Positions 1-9,353 of a stretch of DNA of 64,000 nt are shown piece by piece. The DNA comes from Candidatus Latescibacterota bacterium (GTDB lineage Bacteria; Latescibacterota; UBA2968). A model generated the notes under the pieces. That model was not told the origin of the DNA. It searched no databases and saw only the letters and a program-made list of their open reading frames with translations. The stretch's first letter is position 1; the number at the start of each line of letters is the position of its first letter. The stretch covers positions 4,256,001 through 4,320,000 of the forward strand of contig OZ220741.1 in assembly GCA_965116885.1 (NCBI GenBank). Reading direction: 5' to 3'. Both the position numbers and the translations under genes were made by a program.

Positions 1-1212
1 CTCAGTGCAGATTGGGTGGAAACGCTGCTTTTGAATGACCAGACGCAGCGCAATTACCGCGGAGGCGTGGTGTATGAAGACAGCTTGCGTCAGCTTATTG
101 TAAAAGCCGATTCTGCACATGTGCGCGTTGGGGATGCGACCTATCTTTTTGTACATCAGGTGAGTTACAAAGACACAGTGCGAAAAATTCGTGCCGATAC
201 ACTTGTTTTCCAGGACCGCGAAGACATCGCGACGTTTCGGGGGCATGTCTTTCTGAGCGACGATCAGCACACGCTTGAGGCGCATATCGTGCGATTTTTG
301 AGCGAGGATGACTCGCTCATTGCCGAGGGTGATGTCGTCCTTCTGTTGCCCGAAGGCCGCAGACTTCGCGCTTCTCAATTGCGGTATGATTTGATCCGCG
401 AACGCGGAAATCTGCAGGGCCAGACGCAGTTACAAGTGGTAGGGGAACGCGGCGATACCCTCGAGGCGCAGTCCGATTCCATTGCCTTTGTCAATCGCGG
501 GCAAGAACTCTTTCTCAATGGCAACCTCATCCTGCGACAGGGATACACGCGAGGAAAAGCCCTGTCTGGCGTGTACGCGGATTCTGTGATCGCCCTTTCC
601 GGTAGGCCCTTGATGATCTGGTCCAATCCCAGTAGGCGCGATTCCGTTTCTGCACAGGGCGAAAAAATTCTTATGGAAATGTCTGATCGGACTATTGGTG
701 CGTTGGAGCTTTCGGATAGCACGCTCATCCATGCTGTGGCTCTTGCCAATGGTCATGCGCAAAAAATACGCTCAGATTCTGCTCGGATTGTCTTTCGCGA
801 TGAGACCCCGCAGCGCATGCACGCATGGGGAAATGTAATGCTCGATCTGAGCGAGCGAGATACATCGCGGGCAGTAATGTCTGGCGGTGATCTCATATTG
901 GCCTATCGAGATGGAAAACTGGATAGTTTGACGCTGTCTGGTGGCTGCCTCGGTTCTTATATTGCCCAGGATAGCCTATCGGAAAGCCACCTGGGGGGCA
1001 AGCGGTGTGTGTTGTGGTTTTCCAATGGGGAGTTAGACCAGATGGCAATTTTCGATGAAGCACATTGCACGCGGGTCACGAAAGATAGCGACGATGTAAC
1101 GGTTTCTGGGGATTATCTCCTTTTGAAATTTACCCCCGGACGGTTGTTGTCTATCCAGGCTGAGGGAGATGTACGAGGGTACTACACCGCCGAATTGGAG
1201 GATGCGCCGTGA
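1..1212 (+). CDS. LptA/OstA-like beta-jellyroll repeat protein (LPS transport), 5' truncated by window edge
   Basis: Frame is open from position 1; repeated beta-strand units (ADTLVF, A.G.V); overlaps lptB start (GTGA). Confidence 0.7.
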   Translation, partial: LSADWVETLLLNDQTQRNYRGGVVYEDSLRQLIVKADSAHVRVGDATYLFVHQVSYKDTVRKIRADTLVFQDREDIATFRGHVFLSDDQHTLEAHIVRFLSEDDSLIAEGDVVLLLPEGRRLRASQLRYDLIRERGNLQGQTQLQVVGERGDTLEAQSDSIAFVNRGQELFLNGNLILRQGYTRGKALSGVYADSVIALSGRPLMIWSNPSRRDSVSAQGEKILMEMSDRTIGALELSDSTLIHAVALANGHAQKIRSDSARIVFRDETPQRMHAWGNVMLDLSERDTSRAVMSGGDLILAYRDGKLDSLTLSGGCLGSYIAQDSLSESHLGGKRCVLWFSNGELDQMAIFDEAHCTRVTKDSDDVTVSGDYLLLKFTPGRLLSIQAEGDVRGYYTAELEDAP

Positions 1213-1934
1213 ACCTGCGAGCCGAGGGGCTGGTGAAAAAATACGCGCGCCGCCTGGTTGTCAATCAGGTCAACTTGATCGTCAATCCCGGCGAAATTGT
1301 AGGACTCTTAGGGCCTAATGGCGCGGGAAAAACGACGTGCTTTTACCTCATTGTCGGCGCAATTTCATCAAATGCCGGATACATTTTTTTGGGTGATCGA
1401 GACATTACTGCATTGCCGATGTATCGCCGCGCACGGCTGGGCATAGGTTATCTGGCACAAGAATCTACGGTTTTTAGAAAGATGACCGTGCTGGAAAACG
1501 TACTATCCGTCCTCGAATACGAAAAAATGGGTAAGACAGAACGATTAGACCGCGCCCAAGAGGTATTGGGAGACCTGGGAGTTGGGCATTTATCGCACCA
1601 ACGCGCTGATAGTTTGTCGGGGGGGGAAACGCGCCGGCTGGAGATCGCGCGGGCACTCTCTCGAGATCCGCTCTTTATGCTACTCGACGAACCTTTTGCC
1701 GGTGTGGATCCGCGTGCTGTGGAAGATATTCAGAATATTATCGCCGAACTAAAACGCCGCAATATCGGAATTCTGATTACCGATCACAATGTGCGAGAAA
1801 CGCTCGCAATTACAGATCGTTCCTATTTACTTTCCGAGGGAAAGATTCTTCTCTCAGGTACACCCCGGGCATTGGCAACAAGCGATGAGGCGCGTCGCAT
1901 TTATCTGGGCGACCGGTTTCGCCTCGATTCGTGA
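1209..1934 (+). CDS. lptB: LPS export ABC transporter ATP-binding protein
   Basis: GLLGPNGAGKTT, YRRARLGIGYLAQE, LSGGETRRLEIAR, LLDEPFAGVDP, ITDHNVRETL; close to rpoN. Confidence 0.96.
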   Translation: MNLRAEGLVKKYARRLVVNQVNLIVNPGEIVGLLGPNGAGKTTCFYLIVGAISSNAGYIFLGDRDITALPMYRRARLGIGYLAQESTVFRKMTVLENVLSVLEYEKMGKTERLDRAQEVLGDLGVGHLSHQRADSLSGGETRRLEIARALSRDPLFMLLDEPFAGVDPRAVEDIQNIIAELKRRNIGILITDHNVRETLAITDRSYLLSEGKILLSGTPRALATSDEARRIYLGDRFRLDS

Positions 1935-2024
1935 CAAATTTGGAAAAAGGGTTTACAACCCTCTCTGTTATTTGTTATTATTAAAGTTGCCTCTTTTACT
2001 TACTGAACACCAATGAGGACAAAA

Positions 2025-2573
2025 ATGAAACATGTAACGCTGGCAGAGTTAGAAACGGGATTAGAAAATATCCGTCAGTCGCCCACAAATGCAGGCGTAT
2101 TAGAGTTGATTGTGCGCCGGCCGCAGATTGAGGCGAGGGAGATCCTGAAAGTTGGCGAACTCGATCTGGTTGAAGGACTCGTGGGCGATAATTGGAAAAC
2201 ACGCGGCAGTTCTCAAACCGCAGATGGGTCAGCCCATCCAGACATGCAACTCAACATCATGAACGCACGCGTGATTGCCCTATTAGCACAAAAAAAAGAG
2301 CGTTGGTCACTGGCGGGAGATCAGTTGTATATGGACTTCGATTTGAGCGAGGAGAATGTGCCGCCGGGCACCCGACTGAGTCTGGGGGATGCGGTGATCG
2401 AAGTTACAGATCAACCGCATACGGGCTGTAAAAAATTTGCTGCGCGTTTTGGGTTGGACGCACTAAAGTTTATTAGTTCTCCCGTGGGCAAACAGCTTCA
2501 GTTGCGCGGGATCAATGCAAAGGTTATTCGCTCTGGCGCGATACAGATTGGCGACACCGTAAAGAAAGTGTAA
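2025..2573 (+). CDS. MOSC domain protein
   Basis: GLVGD, LAGDQL, GDAVIEVT..PHTGCKKF, LRGINAKV..G.I..GD; GAGGA RBS before ATG 2025. Confidence 0.85.
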   Translation: MKHVTLAELETGLENIRQSPTNAGVLELIVRRPQIEAREILKVGELDLVEGLVGDNWKTRGSSQTADGSAHPDMQLNIMNARVIALLAQKKERWSLAGDQLYMDFDLSEENVPPGTRLSLGDAVIEVTDQPHTGCKKFAARFGLDALKFISSPVGKQLQLRGINAKVIRSGAIQIGDTVKKV

Positions 2574-2576
2574 TCT

Positions 2577-4067
2577 ATGATTGGTCTTGATCATACACAA
2601 TCTCAGTTGCTTCAGCAGAAACTGGCGCCGCAACTCATCCAATCTTTGCGCCTGCTCCAATTGCCAACTCTGGAATTAGCGAAGTTAATTCAACAAGAAT
2701 TGGAGATCAATCCTCTCCTGGAAATTGACGAAGATGTCGCATTGGATTTGGAACAAGAAGAACCCAAAGCTGAACTGGATGACGAAGCCGAGAGCGAAGA
2801 CCAGGATGAAGAACCCGTAGAAGAATTGGAATTTGAAGACTCGGACTTAGACACACTCAATTCAGACGTATTTGATGAACACGACTGGGATCACTACTTA
2901 AACGAATCCGGGTATGCCAGTCCCCGCGAAGAATTTGAATCCAATACTGAAGACTGGCACAACGACAGAACCATTGAAAAAACGCTACGAGATTCACTTT
3001 TAGAACAGGTGGCAATCGCGGATCTTTCGCCGAGTAATCGCGTCATAGCCGAATACTTAATTGGCAATATTGGCGAAGATGGGTTTTTGGGATGTTCGAC
3101 AGGAGAAGTGGCAGATGAACTTGGGGTCAATCTCGATAATGTGGAATGCGTTTTGGGGATTATCCAGACATTTGACCCGGTAGGTGTTGGTGCGCGAAAC
3201 CTTCAAGAGTGTTTGTTGATTCAATTAAAAGAAAAAAATATCACAAACGGTTTGATTGCAAATGTGGTGCGCAATCACCTCGACGACTGGATCAACCGTC
3301 GTTTTAGCCAGATAAGTCAGGAACTCGATACAAGTGTGGATGATATGCGCGTTATTGAGGAAGTCCTCGCATCGCTCAATCCCAAGCCCAATATTGAACC
3401 CGAACCCGCATTGAATCTCAATCATGTCATTCCCGACCTCGAAGTTCAAAAGATCGGTGACGAGTACGTCGTTTCCCTGACCGACCACACCCTGCCCGAA
3501 TTGCGTATTAGTCCAATGTATCGCACCTTGCTCAGACAATCGGATAAACCGGAGCGAGATGGCCAAAAATTGCGAGAGACCAAAAAATTCGTCGTTGAAA
3601 AACTCAATTCTGCACGCTGGTTTATCAATGCAATTCACCAAAGACGCGCAACCATGCTAAAAGTCATGCGATGTATTGTCGAAAATCAGGTTCAATTTTT
3701 CGAACGAGGGCCTGGTTTTCTCAAGCCAATGGTGCTTCAAGAAGTAGCTGATAAGGTGCAGATGCACATTTCGACTATCAGCCGCGTGAGCAATGGGAAA
3801 TATGTGCAAACACCGCATGGCGTTTTTGAGTTGAAATATTTTTTTGATGGCGGATTGAGTCGATACGATGGCGACGATGTCTCTGCCAGAAGTGTAAAAG
3901 AAAAAATTGCAAAGCTCATTGACGATGAAGACGTGCAGGATCCACTGAGCGATCAGCACATAGCGGCTATTCTTAAAAAAGAGGGCATTAATATCGCACG
4001 GCGCACGGTCGCCAAATACCGAGATCAACTCAATATCAGCTCCGCGCGACTTCGGAAGGCACTTTAG
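2577..4067 (+). CDS. rpoN: RNA polymerase sigma-54 factor
   Basis: Gln/Leu-rich region I (PQLIQSLRLLQL), DPVGVGAR, HISTISR HTH, RpoN box ARRTVAKYR. Confidence 0.98.
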   Translation: MIGLDHTQSQLLQQKLAPQLIQSLRLLQLPTLELAKLIQQELEINPLLEIDEDVALDLEQEEPKAELDDEAESEDQDEEPVEELEFEDSDLDTLNSDVFDEHDWDHYLNESGYASPREEFESNTEDWHNDRTIEKTLRDSLLEQVAIADLSPSNRVIAEYLIGNIGEDGFLGCSTGEVADELGVNLDNVECVLGIIQTFDPVGVGARNLQECLLIQLKEKNITNGLIANVVRNHLDDWINRRFSQISQELDTSVDDMRVIEEVLASLNPKPNIEPEPALNLNHVIPDLEVQKIGDEYVVSLTDHTLPELRISPMYRTLLRQSDKPERDGQKLRETKKFVVEKLNSARWFINAIHQRRATMLKVMRCIVENQVQFFERGPGFLKPMVLQEVADKVQMHISTISRVSNGKYVQTPHGVFELKYFFDGGLSRYDGDDVSARSVKEKIAKLIDDEDVQDPLSDQHIAAILKKEGINIARRTVAKYRDQLNISSARLRKAL

Positions 4068-4072
4068 ACGCT

Positions 4073-4849
4073 TCAGTCTGTCTGTTGGGTACTGATTTCG
4101 TCTTCTGAGATTTTGTGTACACTTTTGGGATTAAAGGTCTGCTGGGTATTGATGCGAAGTGCAACTTCAATCCGCCCGCCAGTTAGCACAAAAAACTGAA
4201 TTAGAAATCCGCCACCTTGCATGGTTTCAATCTGGTAGGAATCGGTGTCTAATCCGTCGAGCAACTGAGGATGGGTGGTTTCAAACCGCGGGTGTTGTGT
4301 AATATTGGGAGGCAACGCCATAATCAGGGTTCCCGGTTCTTCATTGAGATAACTACCAATGCGTTGTCGCGTGTTGACCATGTGAGAAATAATCCTGCAT
4401 GCATAATCGAAATCATCCCCGCCGTTTCGCTCTGGTGGTACGATGCCCCAGGTCAGGTGATGGATAAAGGGATTGCCGTATCCCTGTCCGAGCATCTGAT
4501 CAAGCGCGGGTTGGTCAACGGGGTGAACCACTGCGACATAGTGAAACCAGCCCCGTGCGAGAGCGGGATGTCCGGGTGGTAAACCCGATGGCACATTGAT
4601 ATAATCCTGTTCATCGACAGGGGAGGGGTAGCACTTGGTGTCCCAACCTGCAATATAACCCATTGTTTTTAGAGGTCCCGCAACGAGATAAGGGGGATCC
4701 GTAAAGATCGCTGCGTGGTCCATGTTGGGATACAATTTGACGCCGGCAGCAGAAATTTTTTCGGCGACTTGCAAGGCCTCGTCAAAGCGTTCAGATGCAT
4801 TCTCTATTTGGAGAACTGTGTGAAAGTCTTCGGGTAATTTACAGTCCAT
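4073..4849 (-). CDS. Hypothetical protein, possibly a divergent HPPD-like/VOC Fe(II) enzyme
   Basis: AGGAGG RBS before ATG 4849 (MDCKLP); motifs MDHAA, FIHHLT, GFLIQFF, IEVALR follow the order of the HPPD C-terminal domain motifs. Confidence 0.55.
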   Translation of the reverse strand: MDCKLPEDFHTVLQIENASERFDEALQVAEKISAAGVKLYPNMDHAAIFTDPPYLVAGPLKTMGYIAGWDTKCYPSPVDEQDYINVPSGLPPGHPALARGWFHYVAVVHPVDQPALDQMLGQGYGNPFIHHLTWGIVPPERNGGDDFDYACRIISHMVNTRQRIGSYLNEEPGTLIMALPPNITQHPRFETTHPQLLDGLDTDSYQIETMQGGGFLIQFFVLTGGRIEVALRINTQQTFNPKSVHKISEDEISTQQTD

Positions 4850-5076
4850 AGTCTTATCCTCCTGTTGGTTAGACGATGTAATCAATAACACGTTTTTTTC
4901 ATATACGTCAAGCATAAATAAATCCCGGTCACTTTGGTGGCCGGTTTTTTTTTGAAAAATTTGATTCACCCATTGCTGGAAAATTGAACGATTCGTTCCC
5001 CAATGCTATTTGGTTATACAGATCTCCAGAGGCGTAACTTCCTGATTTAACGTCTCTTGCGCCATTTTTAAGATTT

Positions 5077-5092
5077 TGGCACGCGATTTGCA
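5077..5092 (+). promoter_or_regulatory. Sigma-54 -24/-12 promoter
   Basis: TGGCACG-CGAT-TTGCA, an exact match to TGGCACG-N4-TTGCW, 36 bp upstream of ATG 5129. Confidence 0.8.
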
Positions 5093-5128
5093 TAAGTCAT
5101 GATCAAAAAAACATTGCGGGAGGTCAAT

Positions 5129-8100
5129 ATGATGAAATGTGGGATTGTTGTTGTGATGGTGGGAATGCTTTGGGGAGGGCAGATTTTCGGTGCTGAAAAG
5201 GATGTCGTGATCAATGAGGTCCTTGCAGACCCGCCAGCAGGAGATAGGGGTGATGCTAATAGGGATGGGAACTGGCCCAAGACGAACTATGAGGATGAAT
5301 TTGTAGAAATACTGAATACGGGATCGGATACTGTTGCGATTGGTGGGTGGGAATTGTCAGATAAAAAACCCGGCTCAAAAGGGCCGTTCACTTTTCCCCC
5401 AGACACCAAAATTGCGCCAGGCGAATACATCGTACTTTTTGGTGGCGGGGATATAACAAAAATTAAATCTAAATTTGAAGGCAAAGTTTTTGTTGATGAC
5501 GGCAAGATCGGTGGGGGATTGACCAATTCAGGAGACGCGGTATTTCTCATAAAAACTGAAGGCGATACCATTGCAAAAGCAGAATGGGGGAAAGAAGGGG
5601 GTAAGGACCAATCCCTGGTGCGCTATCCGGATGGGACTGGCAGGTGGGTGTTGCACAGTGCTGACCCCGGCAAAGGGTTATTTTCACCGGGCAAACCGCG
5701 GTCGCTTTTCGACAAACTCGAGTCTCTGCCCGAATATTTGGACCTGATAGAAGGAGAGTTCGTTTCACTGATCCCCGTGATTTATAGCTACGAAACTGGG
5801 GAAACAAGGCGTATTGAAGACGAAGTTTTATGGGTATCGTGGGATACCACTGTCGTGCGAATCGAACACGGCGATAAGGTGGTTGCCGTGCGTGCTGGTG
5901 AGACAGAAGTTGGGTTTTTCTGGCGTGGTCGCGAGAGTCTTCACACATATATCCGGGTGTTGGAAAAGGAAAAGCCGCCCCTGGTGATCTCAGAGGTGTA
6001 TCCCAATCCCGCCTGGGGCGATGCAGGCGATACCAACGGCGACGGGGTGCGGCACACTTATCAGGATGAATTTATAGAAGTGGCGAATCAGGGCAAGAAT
6101 CCCATCGATATTGGTGGCTATTACCTCGGTGATGACGATGCCTCAATAGATCGCCTATTTCGATTTCCCGATAACACAGTGCTCGATACACAAGCAGTTG
6201 TCGTGCTCTTTGGTGGGGGGGACATGCCCCTTAGCGAGCGAATATTTGCCGATGACGGGCGCATTGGCGATGGCCTGTCCAATTGGAGCGATACCGTGCA
6301 GCTATTGGCACCAGATAGCAGTACGGTGGTCGCTTCAATGGTATATGAACGCTCGACCAGAGGCGTATCTTTTGTCAGAGACGATAATGGCAATTATGTC
6401 TTGCACAATCAGATATACGAAGAGGATTCAACTTCTGTCGGACGCTTAAAACCTGGAGATGACCCGATTGAGCCTGAAGGATTGACCGACACATTGACTG
6501 TCCCGGATGGTATCGCATTTTCCGAAATTCTGATGCTACCCGAACAGGTAGATGCCAACAACGATGGGATTGTCGATCGGCATACAGATGCTTTTGTCGA
6601 ATTGACCAATATCGGCGTTGATACCCTCGACCTGAGTGGATGGATGATCGGCGATGACGATATCATTGTCTCTCGATTCTTTCCCTTTCCAGATAATGTA
6701 GTGCTCGTGCCCGGCGGTTATATCACCATTTTTGGTGGAGGGACACCTGTGGGTATTCCCGGTACTGTCTTGTCTGCCGGGGATCAGATTGGCAATGGAC
6801 TCAGTAGCGGTGGCGATGTCGTCCACCTGATCATGTCCGATGGTAAGACCGTGGCGCGGTCTGTGCGCGTGCCAAAAGCGACACCAGATGTTTCATGGCT
6901 GTTCTCGCCTGATGCCCCTCCAAAGTTACATCCCCAAATCTCAGGCAGGCAGGCGATGTCGCCAGGCACATCATCAGACGGACAGGAAGGGCCTTCAATA
7001 GATACAGCAAATCGAGACACGCTCGACACACAATTTCCCAAAAACCTTGTGATCTCAGAAGTCTATCCCAATCCCGCCGCAGGCGATGCAGGCGATACCA
7101 ATGGCGATGGGGGACGACACACCTATCAAGATGAGTTTGTCGAGATAGCTAATTTGGGCGTACATCTCATCGATATTGGTGGCTATTACCTCGGTGATGA
7201 CGATGTACCTGTGGAAAAACTTTTTCGATTCCCCGACAGTACAGTGCTCGATACGCAAGCAGTCGTGGTGCTCTTTGGTGGGGGGGATATGCCCCTTAGC
7301 GAGCGAATATTTGCCGATGACGGGCGCATTGGCGATGGCCTGTCCAATAGAGGCGATACCGTGCAGTTGCTGGCACCAGATGGAAGCACAGTGATCTCCA
7401 AAATGACGTATGAAAACGCTCCCAAAGGTATATCCTTTGCCAGGGACGACAATGGCAATTATCTGTTACACAATCAGATATACGAAGAAGAGAATATTTC
7501 TGTAGGACGCTTAGGACAGGGCGATGATCCGGATCAACATGAGGGATTAACTGTCTCCAATGATATCGTATTTTCCGAAATTCTGATGCTACCCGAACAG
7601 GTAGATGCCAACAACGATGGGATTGTCGATCGGCATGCAGATGCTTTTGTCGAATTGACCAATATCGGCGTTGATACCCTCGACCTGAGCGGATGGATGA
7701 TCGGCGATGACGATATCATTGTCTCTCGATTCTTTCCCTTTCCCGATGATGTCATACTCGTGCCCGGCGGTTATATCACTATTTTTGGTGGTGGGACACC
7801 TGTGGGTATTCCCGGTACTGTCTTGTCTGCCGGGGGTCAGATTGGCAATGGACTCAGTAGCGGCGGCGATGTCGTCCATCTAATCCTGCCCGATAGTAAG
7901 ACCGTGGTGCGGTCTGTGCGCGTGCCAAAAGCGACACCAGATGTTTCATGGCTGTTCTCGCCTGATGCCTCTCCTCTATTACATCCCCAAATCTCAGGCA
8001 GGCAGGCGATGTCGCCGGGTACATCATCAATTGCGGAGGCGGAATCGGACACCCTAATTGGTGTGGATGGCGTATCGGGAAAACCCAGTGTTTCTGAGGG

Positions 8101-8440
8101 GAAAGACCAGATGGTTAACAGTCCTATCTCTGACGATTCTAAACTTAGTGGTCTGGCAATGGAGGATCACAAATGGGGCATTTACCCAGCACCCAATCCT
8201 TTCAATACAACCACTGTATTGGGTTTTTACACGTCGGGAGGCCCTGTTGATGTGACCATATATAACATCCTGGGCCAACCCATCCGTCAGTTGGTACAAC
8301 AGCATTTGCCAGCCGGATATTATCGGCGTATATGGGATGGAAAAAATGACTTTGGAGTATCTGTGAGTTCTGGAATCTATATAGTCTTTCTAAAAGATAA
8401 GAAAGCGACATTTACACAGCGCGTCGCGCTCTTGAAGTGA
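5129..8440 (+). CDS. Secreted surface protein: five lamin-tail (LTD) domains, one Ig-like (Big_2-type) domain, C-terminal FlgD/T9SS-type sorting-like domain
   Basis: Signal peptide; five repeats of I[NS]E[VI]...D.N.DG...[ED]xF[VI]E..N; tail APNPFN...IYNILGQ...WDGKN..G..VSSGIY; GGAGG RBS. Confidence 0.85.
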   Translation: MMKCGIVVVMVGMLWGGQIFGAEKDVVINEVLADPPAGDRGDANRDGNWPKTNYEDEFVEILNTGSDTVAIGGWELSDKKPGSKGPFTFPPDTKIAPGEYIVLFGGGDITKIKSKFEGKVFVDDGKIGGGLTNSGDAVFLIKTEGDTIAKAEWGKEGGKDQSLVRYPDGTGRWVLHSADPGKGLFSPGKPRSLFDKLESLPEYLDLIEGEFVSLIPVIYSYETGETRRIEDEVLWVSWDTTVVRIEHGDKVVAVRAGETEVGFFWRGRESLHTYIRVLEKEKPPLVISEVYPNPAWGDAGDTNGDGVRHTYQDEFIEVANQGKNPIDIGGYYLGDDDASIDRLFRFPDNTVLDTQAVVVLFGGGDMPLSERIFADDGRIGDGLSNWSDTVQLLAPDSSTVVASMVYERSTRGVSFVRDDNGNYVLHNQIYEEDSTSVGRLKPGDDPIEPEGLTDTLTVPDGIAFSEILMLPEQVDANNDGIVDRHTDAFVELTNIGVDTLDLSGWMIGDDDIIVSRFFPFPDNVVLVPGGYITIFGGGTPVGIPGTVLSAGDQIGNGLSSGGDVVHLIMSDGKTVARSVRVPKATPDVSWLFSPDAPPKLHPQISGRQAMSPGTSSDGQEGPSIDTANRDTLDTQFPKNLVISEVYPNPAAGDAGDTNGDGGRHTYQDEFVEIANLGVHLIDIGGYYLGDDDVPVEKLFRFPDSTVLDTQAVVVLFGGGDMPLSERIFADDGRIGDGLSNRGDTVQLLAPDGSTVISKMTYENAPKGISFARDDNGNYLLHNQIYEEENISVGRLGQGDDPDQHEGLTVSNDIVFSEILMLPEQVDANNDGIVDRHADAFVELTNIGVDTLDLSGWMIGDDDIIVSRFFPFPDDVILVPGGYITIFGGGTPVGIPGTVLSAGGQIGNGLSSGGDVVHLILPDSKTVVRSVRVPKATPDVSWLFSPDASPLLHPQISGRQAMSPGTSSIAEAESDTLIGVDGVSGKPSVSEGKDQMVNSPISDDSKLSGLAMEDHKWGIYPAPNPFNTTTVLGFYTSGGPVDVTIYNILGQPIRQLVQQHLPAGYYRRIWDGKNDFGVSVSSGIYIVFLKDKKATFTQRVALLK
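5984..6976 (+). repeat. Copy 1 of ~1 kb intragenic direct repeat (LTD2+LTD3)
   Basis: Long near-identical nucleotide stretches shared with 7049-8029; offset 1065 bp, then 1053 bp. Confidence 0.95.
7049..8029 (+). repeat. Copy 2 of ~1 kb intragenic direct repeat (LTD4+LTD5)
   Basis: Matches 5984-6976, e.g. TTTTCCGAAATTCTGATGCTACCCGAACAGGTAGATGCCAACAACG occurs in both copies. Confidence 0.95.
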
Positions 8441-8474
8441 GAAGCAAAATCCAATAGAAGGGAGGTGAAACAGG

Positions 8475-8756
8475 ATGGCACAACCCGAAATTACATTCCG
8501 TCATGGTCTGTGCAGTGCTTCGATTTTCGAAAATGAATACACGCGTGGTGGAGATTCTTTCACCGTACGCACGGTTTCATTTCAGCGAAGTTATTTGGAC
8601 AAAGATGGGAATTGGCAAAGGACCAATAGCCTGAACGTAAACGACATACCCAAAGCCGTATTGGTGTTAAATAAAGCGTATGAGTTTTTGACATCGAACA
8701 GCCAGGCTGAAGCAGAAGCAGATGATGCGGCTGCAATAGCAGATGAACAGGTTTGA
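8475..8756 (+). CDS. Small hypothetical protein, possible PC4/SpoVG-like nucleic-acid-binding fold
   Basis: GGAGGTG RBS; beta-rich body with RSYLDKDGNW, then a helix and an acidic tail. Confidence 0.7.
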   Translation: MAQPEITFRHGLCSASIFENEYTRGGDSFTVRTVSFQRSYLDKDGNWQRTNSLNVNDIPKAVLVLNKAYEFLTSNSQAEAEADDAAAIADEQV

Positions 8757-8812
8757 GGAATTGGTGTACTAATACCTCATACCCTTTCATTTATCAGTCC
8801 GATAATTCAAAT

Positions 8813-8852
8813 ACAAAAAGGTCCATCTAATAGCATAGTTGGACCTTTTTGT
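8813..8852. terminator. Bidirectional intrinsic terminator
   Basis: ACAAAAAGGTCCA...TGGACCTTTTTGT between convergent genes. Confidence 0.75.
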
Positions 8853-8897
8853 GTTATGAACCGTTATTTTATTTTTTGTATGGTTTGCTTCGAGCAT

Positions 8898-9194
8898 CTA
8901 CTCGTCCAAAGGCTCATGCAATGCTTTCTTGATCAGAACGCCAGCTTTGAAATAGCTCTTTCGCCGCGCAGGAACATAAACAATCTCGCCTGTGCGGGGG
9001 TTGCGTGCAGCGGGTTTTGGTTTGGTCGGCTTGATGCCCAGCACACCAAATCCCCTGATTTCGATTCGGTCACCGGCGATCAGGTTTTCGCGCATCGTGT
9101 TAAAAAGTGTATTTACAATCTCATAAGCGAGTTGTTTTTTGATTCCCAGACGATCGGAAATTTTTAACGCGATATCTTTTTTTGTCATTGTCAT
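8898..9194 (-). CDS. HU/IHF family DNA-binding protein
   Basis: MTKKDI, RIEIRGFG, ARNPRTGE.V.VPAR; GGGAGGA RBS before ATG 9194. Confidence 0.93.
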   Translation of the reverse strand: MTMTKKDIALKISDRLGIKKQLAYEIVNTLFNTMRENLIAGDRIEIRGFGVLGIKPTKPKPAARNPRTGEIVYVPARRKSYFKAGVLIKKALHEPLDE

Positions 9195-9353
9195 TCGGTC
9201 CTCCCATTTCACATATATTGTCACGACATTGGCTAATATAGCCCTAAACATCTAAGATGCAAGATAAAAATGTCTCACACTCGTCACAAAATTGAAAAAT
9301 TGCTTTTGCTTTGTATGTCGCTTATTTTATTATTGTTAGCGAGGATAATATAC

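Noticed and set aside
5984..8029. Long repeats as a CRISPR array or mobile element
   Set aside because: They are in-frame domain duplications within one ORF, with no short repeat-spacer structure and no cas genes in the window.
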